From: Vicugna vicugna
Taxonomy: Eukaryota
Length of the DNA stretch: 64,000 nucleotides
NCBI GenBank assembly: GCA_013265495.1
Contig: MU057947.1
Coordinates: forward strand, 196,048-260,047
Reading direction: 5' to 3'
The notes beneath the pieces are model-generated. The model worked only from the letters and a program-made list of their open reading frames with translations. It was not told the DNA's origin and made no database searches. Positions 25,901 to 37,719 of the stretch are shown here, in pieces. Each line of letters starts with the position of its first letter. Within the stretch, counting starts at the first letter, position 1. Position numbers and translations under genes: made by a program.

Positions 25901-28900
25901 ATAAAGGACCCCAAGGCCCGTTATCAGAGCTGCTCAAGACACCACCCGTGCAGACTAAGGTGACAGTGTTGGAGGTTCTGATGTAAATCTGGAATGTGAC
26001 CCCTTGGAACAAAAGATTCCATGTGTCATCTCATGAGAAGGACTTGATGGACACTCCAGTAAACAGATGTCCTGAGCAACCATCCCATTAGAATAACTCG
26101 ATCACGGACAGGGTGGGTTTCTCCTATGGGACCCAGGTTAAATACAAAGGCCAGTGTCACTTTGGCTGCATCCAAGAGTTGAACTGTGTCCCTTAAAAGT
26201 CACTTAAAGTGAGGAATGCATATTCTGCTCTCAGAAGAAAAAAAAAGAAGAAAGTCTTCTTGGGTCACTTATATGAGCCCAGGACAAGATCGAATGACCA
26301 CATTGGAGAAGGGTCTTCAGCAGAAGGTCAGCACCCAGCGGCCAGCCCGCTGGAGGCTCGCCACCACGAGGCACTGCTGGGCAGGGCTTGCTTCGTCCTC
26401 CCCGGGGAAAGGAGTGTCCTGACTCCACGCTCCTCCACAGCATCTGTGACACCACCGCAAACTCCCACCCACCCCAAAACCAACGGGGTTCCAGGACAAA
26501 GGCTTCTGCTGACCCTCCTCTTGCCCTGGAATCTTCTGGGTCTTTGTAGGGTCTCTGCATTCTAGTACTTCAAGGATAAAGCCACATTTCAGTGATGTCC
26601 TCATCATAAAATCCAGAGGACAAACAGAGGAAGCGTATTGCAATGGGTTAATTTTCCAAGTTGGCGAGAAGAGAGAAGGTTAAACCAAGATCTGCCATTG
26701 TCACCTTCTTGGACTTTTTCGGTCAAATGGCAGCCTGAAAACAAAGATGCTTTCAGACAGGCAAAACCCAGCCCCCTGGGAAGGCAGAAGATATGCCTTT
26801 GAAAAAGCAAGCCACATCAGCAGCCCCCACTTGACTTGTCTGAGGGCCACGGTCGGGGAGTCCAGCTCCCCCCTCCAGTCTGCTGCCCCTGCCCATGTCC
26901 CCTTCAGGACCCCGAGCCCCCGGCTGGTCACCCCCTGCCCTCCTGACGCTGGTCTGGTCCGCGACTCTGGTATGGTGGGCGACCCTGAGTTCACAGTCAC
27001 GTGTGCCCTGGCCGGTCAGCCGCCCGCTGCTCATCTCTGCGGCAGAGGCCGAGCCCCACTCCCGTGCAGGGAGGCCTGGGTTTGCTCCTGCTGCCCGCCC
27101 GACACGGCAGAGCCGCCCAGCAAACAACCGGCTGCGTGAGGGGCCATGTCAGGGCTCCCGCAAGTCAGTGTGATGCCCCGAGCGCAGCTTTTATTCACAC
27201 ACGCGGTCCCTTTGGGAACACCCAGTCCTCTTTGCCACCATCTTGACCCACTGTCCTTGAGGCAGGAGCTGCTGCTGCAGGGACCTCCAGTGAAGGTCCC
27301 CACGGAGGATCCCCAGGGAAAGGCGTCCTTCCTCACCTGAGAACTGGGCTCCAGGTAGCCAGCCAGCCAGGGAAGCACAAAGAGAACAAGACAGCCAAGA
27401 TGGCCCAGCAACCGAGCAACCACAAGGAGGAGGACAGGCTACCACCAAGGCCACTTCCTCTGGCCAAGCCTGGGTGGCCAGACACGCCTCTTTGCAGGCT
27501 CCCCCCAGTCCTCCGAGTGGTCCCCAGAAGAGGAGTGGTCCCCACTGTGGGGGACAGCACCTCCCTACCAGGGAACCATTTGTAGCCAACCATCCACAGT
27601 AGGAAAATGTCTTTAATGCAATTAATAATTGAAGAAGTGAGCGCATGTGCTCTTGGAGAGTTAAATGCTTGTCAGAGTGATCGATGCACGCCTCGTCACC
27701 AATACATTCCGAATGAAGAGCAGAGGGATTTTGCAAACTTGTGTTGACCTTGGGTTGCCATATATAGGAGGCAGACTGCAAAGGCAGCCTGCTTAAGGAG
27801 GAACAGTGCGTCAGCTCCCAATTTACAGCCCTTTCCCCAATTAAAGGACTGTAAAAACATTAAAATTAATGCAGTCTTAACTCCTAGAGCAGGCCCTACT
27901 TTCTTAATTAGTGCATAATTATTCAGTTTTTGATATCCTGGAAAATTATCACATGGAAATTATTTTAGGCAGAGTAACAATAGCAAAAACTCCCTCCCCC
28001 ACTCTATTAACATGTGGAAGTAATTAACACTTTATTACAGTGGAAATACTCTTACTGCTAATGTTTAATGACTTTTGCCATTGCACCCTGAGCAGGAAAT
28101 TCAGAACGCTATGGAGTGATGGGTTCCTGTAAATATATTACAAAATGACTTGCAAAGATTATGGTGGCTTGAACCAGCTGCATTAAAAATCAGGAAGCCG
28201 TAGCTACCCGGCTGCTAGAAGCTTAGTGGGCAGAGAAACATAATTTGGTGTGAACTCCCAGGGAGACGTCACCGAATGACCATCTGGGCAGGGCCTGCGG
28301 GGTCAGCCAGCCCAGCCTCAGCCGGGGTTCCCTCTGCTACGTTAACGGATACTTTTAAATGGGTATCAAACATTTGGAAGTTCAAGACGTTGGGCAAACA
28401 TTGAAATTAAGTTTCTCCAGCTGAACACACTAGAAATGATCAGAAAACGTACTCTCTTTATAATCGGGATGTGCTCGGGGTGTCTGGCGCGGGGTAAAAA
28501 TGATGACAGCTCTTGCATAAGAATCAAAAGAGTGCAGATGCCTACAGGAGATGGCTCATGACAAGAGCGACGTGCACGTGACATCTTTGTAAGAAATCTA
28601 AACGGAAGAGCAGTCCGTTGGTGCTCGTGCCACGGATCTCTGTCCACAGAGCACGAAAGACAGAGTTTCCTCCATTAGTTCTTCTTTCAGAATTGTGAGA
28701 GGGACATCTCATGAATAAACCACTGTTCATCTCTATGTTCAACCAGGCACACGGAAAGGTTAGCTTCTTTTTTCTTTCATTTGTTAAATATTATTTATTT
28801 ATTGCAAAATTGTGCTGAAACTTCTACACAAAATGGATGGCAGAATATGCTGGCACAAAGCGCTACAAATAAACATAAGATGGATGTCAGGGAAGACGTG

Positions 28901-29574
28901 CAGGGGCCCCGCCTAAGCTGCAGGAAACTCCCTCTAGGCCGAGCGCCAAGTTCGGCGTTAATGGTGCCTACGTGCGGTAAGTATGACAGGCGAAGCCTGC
29001 GACTCTACGAACTTCAGTCGTCCTTGAGCAGGGATGAAAACTTCCCATCCGCTACGTCTTCTGCTGATTTTTTTCCTCTTTTCCCCTGAGTCTTATCCCT
29101 TTGTTTCTGGTCATTCCTAGAATATTATTTAGCTCTCCTGGGAGAAAAATGTTCTGGAAACATGTCTTGGGCAGAGCAGAGGACGCCACCTCCCTCCCCT
29201 TCCTGAAGTGGAGAGAAGGGCCACTTCCATGGGTCAGAGAACGTCCAAGGGGTTTCAAACCCATGCATTCGCCACGAATCCTGAGAGAAGCTTAGACCCA
29301 ACCCCCCCAGCTGAACGCAAGGAGTCAAAGACGCAGAGCTCACGTCATCAGAGGCCACCCCGCCCAGGGATGGGGAGTCCCGGGAGCAGGGGGTTCTTCC
29401 TCCGTGAGACGCCTGCCGGCTCAGGGCAAGGGCAGCAGCAGCGGAAGGAACTTGAGACTCACCTGCTCGAACCCCACCCAGCTCCCTTCAAAGCGGGGTG
29501 CGACCAGAAGGCCTAGGAGGAGATGCCACCCCCTTTCAGCGGGTGAGTTCTGTTTTCTGCAGGACCGACTGTGG

Positions 29575-29870
29575 GCAGGGGTGTGCCCTTGGACAGCTCA
29601 CTTCCCTCTCACAGGCCCATTTCCTTTGGAGAGACGCTGGTACCTGGCTCACAGAGCCGCTGTGAGAGCAGAGTAGGCACGCTGCTGGACGAGGAATATG
29701 TGCGTGTGTAACCGAGCCACCTCTGTACGCCGGAAACTAGCACGGCGCTGTACGCCGACTATACTTCAGTTAAAGAAAAGAGAGTTCATACACTAAACGC
29801 ACGTAGCGCGGTCATGGCCTGTGGTAAGGGCTGCATCCAGGTTTGCTGCCTATTATTATTACTATCATTA
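29575..29870 (+). mobile_element. MIR SINE interrupted by a short L1 3' tail
   Basis: 'gtgtgcccttggacagctcacttccctctc...gtacctggctcacagagccgctgtgag', then the insert, then 'gagttcatacactaaacgcacgtag...tattattatt'. Confidence 0.7.
29686..29780 (+). mobile_element. Cetartiodactyl L1 extreme 3' end, heavily GC-shifted
   Basis: 'ctgtacgccggaaactagcacggcgctgtacgccgactatacttcagttaaagaaaa' corresponds to the L1 tail 'ctgtacacctgaaactaacacaacattgtaaatcaactatacttcaataaaa'. Confidence 0.8.
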
Positions 29871-30519
29871 AATCTTTGTTACAGTGATTGTCCCCACACC
29901 ATCAGTGACACTGGCAGTTCGCAAAACTGTACAAGAACTACAAGAACGGGTCAAAGTGACGGGCACACAGTGGTGACCGGCAGAACCCCCCAGGCCACCC
30001 GTGCCCAGCGCTGCCCCTCCCCGCCACCTGCCAGCCACTCTCATGTTCCAGCTAACGTCCTGTCCTGGAAGTACTGCTAATGGGCACAGTGGAGGAGGCG
30101 GGGCCACTCCGCCTGCCTGGCCCGCTGGAGCTGGTGGAGGGCCTGGCGCGAGCCGGCAGACGGGGCAGGGCCGAGGACGAAGTCACAAAGTGCTGGTGAC
30201 CCTGGACGAGTGTCACACACACTCTTCCCAGCCTTGTCCGTGTAACCCCGAGGAGGAGAGACGGAGCCCTGCTCATTAGGGCCTCTGGGAGGCAGGAGTC
30301 CAAAGGCAGGGCAAGGCGAAGAAACGGAGTGGCGGGGGGCCCAGCCTCACCACCGGCGCTCACGCGCCTCCCTGCACGCGGCCAGCGCGAGCTCTCCCGC
30401 GCCTGCCCCGGGGGGCTGGCGGGCAGAGGTCCCGGCCGCACAGCGCCTCACGGGACAGCCGGAGATACCCTCCCAGGTCTAGAACAGGTGCCTCTTCACA
30501 CCGTGGGATGTCACACAGG

Positions 30520-30890
30520 AATCTAACGAATGGCTACAGCTACTTACAACAGCAACGGAAGAATCTTGAAAAGTAATAGGGAGTGGACAACGCCAGAGGG
30601 CTACGTGCAGAAAGACAGCATATTTACAGACACCAAGCCAAACCAAAGTAAGCAGCTCCCTGTCCCACGGGCAGGCATTCCAGATGCAGCCGTGCTCTGA
30701 GAGCCCACCTCCTTTCCACCGAGGAGAGCGGGGCTCCTGGGACGAGGGAGAACGCAGGAAGCGTGGCGGGCTGGGGGCGACGCCGGCGTTCGTACGTCCG
30801 GGGTCGGTTTACGAGCTGACTGGGCCGTGTGAGCAGCATGCATGTTACACACAACATTCTGCATGTATTCAACACTACTTTTTAAAAGAC
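30520..30890 (+). mobile_element. Old L1 (L1M-type) 3'UTR fragment
   Basis: Contains 'ctacagctacttacaacagcaacggaagaatcttgaaaa' and ends 'gcatgtattcaacactactttttaaaa'. Confidence 0.6.
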
Positions 30891-31339
30891 AATGTAAGGA
30901 GAAGAAAAGAGAGGTGGCCCCACATAACTTCAGATCACCGCTGACAGCTGAGAAGCAGGCCCTGAAGGCCACACAGGAGAGGCGCTTCCTCCTCTGCCAT
31001 GGGCCTTGCTAAGTGGCCAAGACCCGGGGCTCTCAGGGTAGCCAGGGCTTCCCACGCCGAAGCATGATGTGGCTTTGTAACTCCTTCCTCTCAGGATGAG
31101 TTTCTCTGTGTGCCCGACCCTTCCCCTGTTTGGGGGGAACGAGCTCTCATTCCAAACATCCGTTTCACAGATCCTCCAGGGATGGCAGCTGCCCGGCTGC
31201 GTGGCCAGCACTCTGTGCTGCAGGGTGCCAGGCAGCGATGGTACCCCTCGAGGGATGCTTTTCTAGAACAAGGTGCCACATACTGGTTTCCCCCGTCAAC
31301 AAAACCAGTCTTTCTGTCAACTCAGAAACTGGACCAGGC

Positions 31340-32135
31340 CTGCCAATGGCTTAAGGTACAGGATACGAGATCAACACTAAAATATCAATTATATTTCTAT
31401 GTGCTATCATTGCATAATCCAAAACAAATGAAATTAAGAAATAATTTCATTTACAGGAACCTCAAAAAGAATGAAACACTTAGAGATACGTTTAACAGCC
31501 ACAACAAAAGAAAAATACAGGATTTATACAATGAAACCTACAAAACAATGTAGAGAGAAGTTATCTAGAGACCTAAAGAAATGAAAAGACATCCCACCTT
31601 CATGAACGGGAAGACTTCATACCGTTAAGCTGGCGATCCTGCTCAAATCAATCCAAAGATTCAATGTAATCCCTATCAAAATTCCAGAAATTGACAGGCT
31701 GATCCTAAAATTCATATGAAATGTCAAGGGACACAGACGAGTCAAAACAATCTTGAAAATGAGAAAGAAAGTTGGAGGGTTCTCACTTCCCTGTTTCAAA
31801 ACTTGCTGCAGAAGCATGGCAGCCAGGACGGCGCAGCCTGACGAACAGACGGACATGGGCCAGCAGCACGGGACGGAGCCCGGAAACGACCCCGCGCGTG
31901 CGGTCCGCTGGCCTCGGCGAGGGCACGAAAAACATGCCGCGGAGCAAGAACCGTTGCCACCAATGACGGTGGAAAAACAGCGGCACACACGAAAGTGAAG
32001 GTAGACTTCCTACCTCACACCGGACACGAGAAGTCACCCAAAAAGGACCAGAGAGCTCAATGTCAGAGCTAAAGTGATACAGCTCTTAGAAGAAAACAAG
32101 CCCACGTTGCCATGACCTTGAATTAGGCTGCGTGT
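31340..32135 (+). mobile_element. L1 ORF2 C-terminal-half fragment
   Basis: 'aaacctacaaaacaat...agacatcccaccttcatgaacgggaagact...gattcaatgtaatccctatcaaaattccag...ctaaaattcatatgaaatg...ctcttagaagaaaac'. Confidence 0.9.
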
Positions 32136-32149
32136 TTTTCTTGGTGAGA

Positions 32150-32289
32150 CCCCAACCCTTGATCAAAGTCTGTTGAGAAGCCAGCTAGGTCATAACCAGG
32201 CTCTGACCCACGGGAAGTCGGTATAATAAATGTGGGTCCCCTTACTGAATTCGTGATGGTATGTGGTCTAGTGTAAAAAACTTAACACA
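32150..32289 (+). mobile_element. MLT1 LTR 3' fragment
   Basis: 'gccagctagg...ctctgacccacgggaa...ataataaatgtg...aacttaacaca'. Confidence 0.55.
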
Positions 32290-32660
32290 AATTGTATGTA
32301 TTTTAAACCCTGTTTTCTACGGTGCGTTGCTTAGTATATGAAAGTAAAATTCATTTGTATATGCTGACAAAACCCTGGTAGCATCTTTCTAAATTCATTT
32401 ACTGCTTTTAATTAGCAGTAAATGCTTTTGGATTTTCTGCACACACGATCATGTCATCTTCAAATACTGTCAGTTCAAGTTCTTTCCAGTCCTTAGGATT
32501 TTTTATGTTTCTTCCTTATTGCACAAATAAGACGGTGTTAAATATGAGTGGTGAAACCAGACATCCTAGTCTTATTTCCAATCTCGATGGAAAGGCTTTT
32601 ATCAATTTGTCTTTAAGTCATTTTTCTAGATATTCTGCATTAAACTGAGGAAGATTCAGA
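32290..32660 (-). mobile_element. Old L1 ORF2 fragment, antisense
   Basis: 'ggattttctgcacacacgatcatgtcatct...gagtggtgaaaccagacatcctagtcttatttcc'. Confidence 0.75.
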
Positions 32661-32789
32661 ATCCCTTTTGGATCATCTTTCTGACTTGCTTATGTCTCTT
32701 ACGTTCCAAAGGAGGTACAAGTAACAGCCACATGGTTAGGCCACAATATATAATTTAATAAAGTCCAAAGTAACTAATTTTGGTTGACC

Positions 32790-33204
32790 ATAATGGCAGA
32801 GACTCTTAATGATCCCCATTAGCCCTGTGTTCCTCTAAAACTATGAGCTTCTGTTGCAATGGAATAACCAGGTAACTAGTTCTGGCCAGTGGAAACTGAG
32901 CGTCAGTGAAGTCTGTCACCTCTAGACCAAAGTAGTTAAAAATGCAATGTGCCTTCCCCACTCGCTCTCCTCCCCATCTCCCCTCCCTGTCACTTCTTCC
33001 CCCAACTCTGTTCCCTCTTGCCAGTGGATGAGGCAGCCATGATATGAAGGACCCACACACCTCCTGGGTCCCTGAGTCACCATTTGGGGGAGAGGCAACC
33101 AACTGCATCAGACAGTGGTCTGAGAAATAAGTGTCATTGTATTAAGCCACTGACAGCCTGGGGATGCTTGTTACGGCAGATAGCCTTACTTACTCTGACG
33201 TGAC
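32790..33204 (+). mobile_element. MLT1 (H/I/J-like) solo LTR
   Basis: 'actagttctggccagtggaaactgag...tgtcacctctag...ctgggtccctgagtcacc...aagccactgac...tgcttgttacggcag'. Confidence 0.8.
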
Positions 33205-35739
33205 ATTTTCCCTCTTCGCTAAGACTCGGTACGTGAAGGAAAGGAAGAAAGGCCGACAGGAATGACTGAAGTCCTCAGTGCTTCAGTGAGGGGTTGCTTT
33301 ACTAGATGAGGAGAAGCGTCACTCTCCCACACTGGTAAAAAGTTATTCAAGTGGAGCCTATCCTGTCTTTGGTCATCTTTTCTGTTCTCAGTTCAGGTAA
33401 ATCTTTAGCTGCCATCTCATCCTTCTCCTCTAGTTTCAATCCCCTCATTCTGCCACACCATCTTCTTAGAAATGCCAGCACACCCAACCAGGCGCTACCA
33501 CTAGGTCTCAACCTGAAAATGTGCCACCGAGCCCACCTTGTGACCACCAGCTGCAGAAGAACTAGACTCCAGCTCTAGTCACATCACCATGGTAATGAGC
33601 CGTCCTGAATCAGCGTGTGAGGCTGCTTCCCCAGAGAAATAACAACAGAAATAGCACTGGCAATAGTTTACTCGTCAGAGATTCCAGATTATGTCAAAAG
33701 GCCAACTCTATACCCAGCAACTGTTTTGACTGCATTTAATTAAATACAAATGAAATAATTGACATGAGGAGCCATCAGATAACTATCTTGCTGGCATTTC
33801 TTCTCTTTTGAGACGTAACTGCTTACCACATTGATCATCTAGAAAATTCCTTAACTCACCTGGATCTGGGTGTGACAAAGCTGAAGGGTCAACATCAGTT
33901 TAGAACAGTCAAGGACCTTTATGTGAAGATCACATTTAGCTCAACGGCTCCCACTTCGGACCCCAAAGCATTGCAGTTTTCATCCTTCTATGCCCCTAGA
34001 CCATCCCTGCAGGGATGTGGGATGCTAATTGTACTTTTCTGGTTAACTATTTTAAATAAATGAACAAATAACAACAAAAATGATGTTTGTCTGAAAGTTT
34101 CCCAACTTAATGGTTGTTTCTCATTCCCAGACTCATCAGACTTTTTATTCTCTTGCCCCAAATGTACACAAATGCAACAAGAGTGCATCTGGCTTACTGG
34201 CAAGAGCTTAAGATAGTTTTCCATCCATAAAGGAATCAGAACAATGTTATCATGCACCCTTGCAGGTTTCTTCATTTTCTCCCCTCCCAGGAGAGTCAGT
34301 ATTGGCTTTCGCCTTACATATGCATTTAAAATATGAAGCTAACTTAGATCCATTATTAAATGTATCACAGGCACTATGCACATGTGTTGGCGTGCAAATA
34401 ATTTATCAAGGTAAGAGGTGAATGTTCAAGTCAGATGAGAAGTTCATTGGGGTCGAGACGATGAGCCATTCTGGACTTCTCCTTGGCACACAGCCAAAGG
34501 TCTTGCACGTGTCCCCCTGGCTCACAGGAAGGGCTCACATACCGCTGTGTGCACTGTGAAATAGACCCCTTCTCCCGGGGGCCAACAGGATTTGTCTGTA
34601 TATAGTTATATAGAGTTGCAACAGGAAAATTTCTCCTGCTTAGATAAAAGTGTTGTGGTCATTAGTCAAAGTGAATTAAATTCTTATTTATAAACTCCAG
34701 GACTGTTGGTTAAAAGGGCCCACGTGAGTGTCGTCTGAAATGACTAGGAAGGTGATATTACAAGGGGACCCAAGACCCAAGGACACAACTACCTACTAGT
34801 TTAGCCATTTGTAATGGTCGGTCTAATAATCAGGTCAAAGGTCAGCTTTGAAAACTTCTTATTTTGATTGCAACTCTGGCTTGACAAATTATCTTGATGA
34901 ACTACCTGATTGGTCCAAGTTCACATCACTTCGAAGAAAGAAATGGCTTAGGCTCCTGGCCAAAATAGTCAGAACAAAACCAAACCGGCTGCCAGCTTCC
35001 CCGACTACTGCAATCAAAGCCAGACAAAAGGAGGAGGAGACACTCCTGGAACCTGCCGGCATTCTAACCAGCGCGATTCTCTCGCGGAGCACACACCGCA
35101 GCCAGAAGGCCGAGCGCCGGGCCAAGCGCACACACTCTGGCTTCGCCACCGCGCTGACTCTTCAAATGATTGTCATTTTTTCCTCGCCTGCTGCCAACTG
35201 CTCCCGAAGCTCACCAGCCTGTGTTCTGAAGCCAAGAGTTCACAGTAAACCTTGCGATGTCTCATGCAATCGTAATGCAATTAGTGAGGCGCGCTCCTGC
35301 TGGGCCCCTCTCCTCCACGCTCCGAGCCCCGGAAGAAGTCAATCACCGCGCCAAGTTCAAGGGGCTTCAAGGCAGGCAGCCAGAGGTTCAGGCTGCCCCT
35401 GCACTTTGTCACTTTTGCTGCCTCCACTGGGCTCCAACTTCCAGCAGCACAGAAGGCAGGTCCAGTGCGATGCTTTTCCAAGCACCACGGGGCTGAAGCT
35501 CCCCAGTCAAGCTATTTCCAAGTCGGCTCTTGAGAGAAACAGCGCACAACCAACTTCTCCAGATTGAGTGCACTTGCAAATGAAGCTCTGAAGGGAATGA
35601 ATTTGCATGAGGCAATTCATCAAGCAAATGCAAGAGATAACCAACTTCCAAAACACCTCTCCTCCCTCGCTCATTGAATCTTATATTTTCTCTCTGATGA
35701 TTTATATTGGAGTCATCTCCAAGTTCTTGCTTGAGTATA

Positions 35740-36998
35740 TTTTAAATTACCAGTTACCACACCAAACACCCAGATGGGTTTTTTTTTTTAATACTCTCCC
35801 CACTAAAAGGAACCAAGACTCTTTGAAGAAATGGCTGATTCAAGGGCTGGAGCACGGAAAGATGAGCCTGGAAGAGACCTTGCGCCCCAGAGTCAGGAAG
35901 TATTTAGAAATCGGTAGAGAAGTGTCACCATATCCAGAGGGAGCTTGGAGGCGCTGCCACTGGCCAAATCTGGGGCAATCTGAGCCACAGAATGGTGATA
36001 GGAACAGATTTAAATCCACTGCTTAACATCAGAATCCATAAGTCTGCGCTGATATAAATGAATGAACACATAAATAAACGGAGGGAAAGAACAGCTTTTC
36101 CTCACAGCCAAATGCCCTGTAGAAGGTGGTGCTAACAAAATCTCCACTTTGCAACTATCATTGTGGTAATTGGTTAAGACATGAATCCTCAACAGACACA
36201 AAAACTAATGGATGAAATTTTGACGAGGAACATAATAGTGACATTGTCTCAAAGTGTCTTCCCCCAAGTTATTTATTACCAACAGAAAACCAGTAAATTT
36301 ACAACGGAGAAATCTGGCAGACATCACCCTCACCAAGTGATGCAAGAGAACATCTACGTTGACATGAAGTGACCTCATGTGTCTCCTGATCTGATGTCCC
36401 AAGACAGACACCACATCACCTCTGCAGTGTTTCTGCCCAAAACGCAAACTCTGAATTGAAGCAAGAGAAAACATCAGGTCAACCCAAATTGAGAGATAGT
36501 CTACAAAAGGTCTACACGCTTCAAACATGTCAAGGTCAAGAAGACAAAGAAAACCTAAGAAAACGGCCAGGTGAAGGCAAGATCTTAGACCTGTTTCTGG
36601 GAAAAGAGGTGTGACTCCAGAGGATAGTGAGAAAGCCATGAATGGGGTTCCAATGCAGATTACGCATCCATGTTAAAGTTGCTCATTTTAATCATTACAT
36701 TGTGATTGTGTGACAGAATCTTCTAGTTCTTAGGAAATTTACCTTAAAATATTTAGGAGTAGAGGGAGCAGGCTCCACGCCACTTACTCTCAATTCATTT
36801 GGGAAAAGCAATTATATATGTTTCTGTACATGTGTATATACGTATGTGTATGTGTCGGGGGGATACATGAGAAAGAAAAATTCAATGGGGAAAAATGGTA
36901 GCTATCAACAACTGGGTAAGCAGTACCTGGGAATTCGCTGTATTTTTGCCACCTCTTTATAATTGGAAATTAGATCAAGTGAAAGTTACAAAAAAATT
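35740..36998 (+). mobile_element. L1MC-type 3'UTR
   Basis: Contains 'ctctccccactaaaaggaaccaagactctttgaagaaatggctgattc', 'ggagaaatctggcagacatcaccc' and 'cacttactctcaa', and ends 'aattggaaattagatcaagtgaaagttacaaaaaa'. Confidence 0.85.
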
Positions 36999-37180
36999 AT
37001 CAGAAAGTGAAAGAAAGTCCGTGAAGCAGGTAAGGGTTTAGGCGAGCTGAGCGTGCCAGAAGAGGCGCTGGGCGCAGGGGGAACGTGGGCCCTGGGCGCT
37101 GCTTCTGCGCATGCGGGAGACAGGAGGACTCACACGCCAGTCTGTGAATGGAGTCCACGGAAAGCCTCACCAAGTGAACC

Positions 37181-37387
37181 CGGCGGTGCTCACCCAGGGG
37201 TGACTTTGTCCTGCTGGGGGCATCTGGCCTTGTCTGGTGACGTTTATGTTGTTGCACTGGCGGGGGGACAGAGTATTGCTGTGGCATCTGGGGGGCAGTG
37301 GCCAGGGTGTGGCTCAACACCCCTCAACACGCAGCCCCTCCCCCATCCCATCCAGGACGTCACCAGGGCTGAGGCTGAGAAACCCTG
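37181..37387 (+). mobile_element. MER20 (hAT-Charlie) DNA transposon
   Basis: 'cggcggtgctcacccagggg tgactttgtcc...tgtctggtgacgttt...tggcatctg...ggccagggtgtggctcaacac...gctgaggctgagaaaccctg'. Confidence 0.85.
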
Positions 37388-37719
37388 GACGGAACCATTG
37401 ATTTTCAACACCTACGTGGTTAGAAGATTGAATCTGAGAGAAATTTCATTTCATAAATTAAAACAGTTGAATGAAAGCCTCAGAACACATCGCCGATTCA
37501 CAATTCCCATCGTTTCCGAGGCTGATGACAAAGAAGATTAAACAAAGAGCAAGGCAGCACTTCTCATCTAAGGACAAAAGGACCTTCCCAGCTTTCACTG
37601 ACGGCACACGCGGAACGTAAGGCTCACGTGCCTTTTGCGTAGCTATGGGTTTAATACACACCTTCAGCCATGTTTAAACGGAACAGCAATAGCCAGGACG
37701 TGTGATTCAACACTGTTGT

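Noticed and set aside
29686..32060. ADAR or APOBEC hyper-editing as the cause of the GC-shifted repeats
   Set aside because: Both A>G and T>C, plus some transversions to G/C, occur on one strand across independent elements, whereas editing would be strand- and element-specific.
34848..35567. Longest ORF (239 aa)
   Set aside because: Non-ATG start, Ser/Arg/Ala-rich random-looking translation, and no recognisable domain or exon structure.
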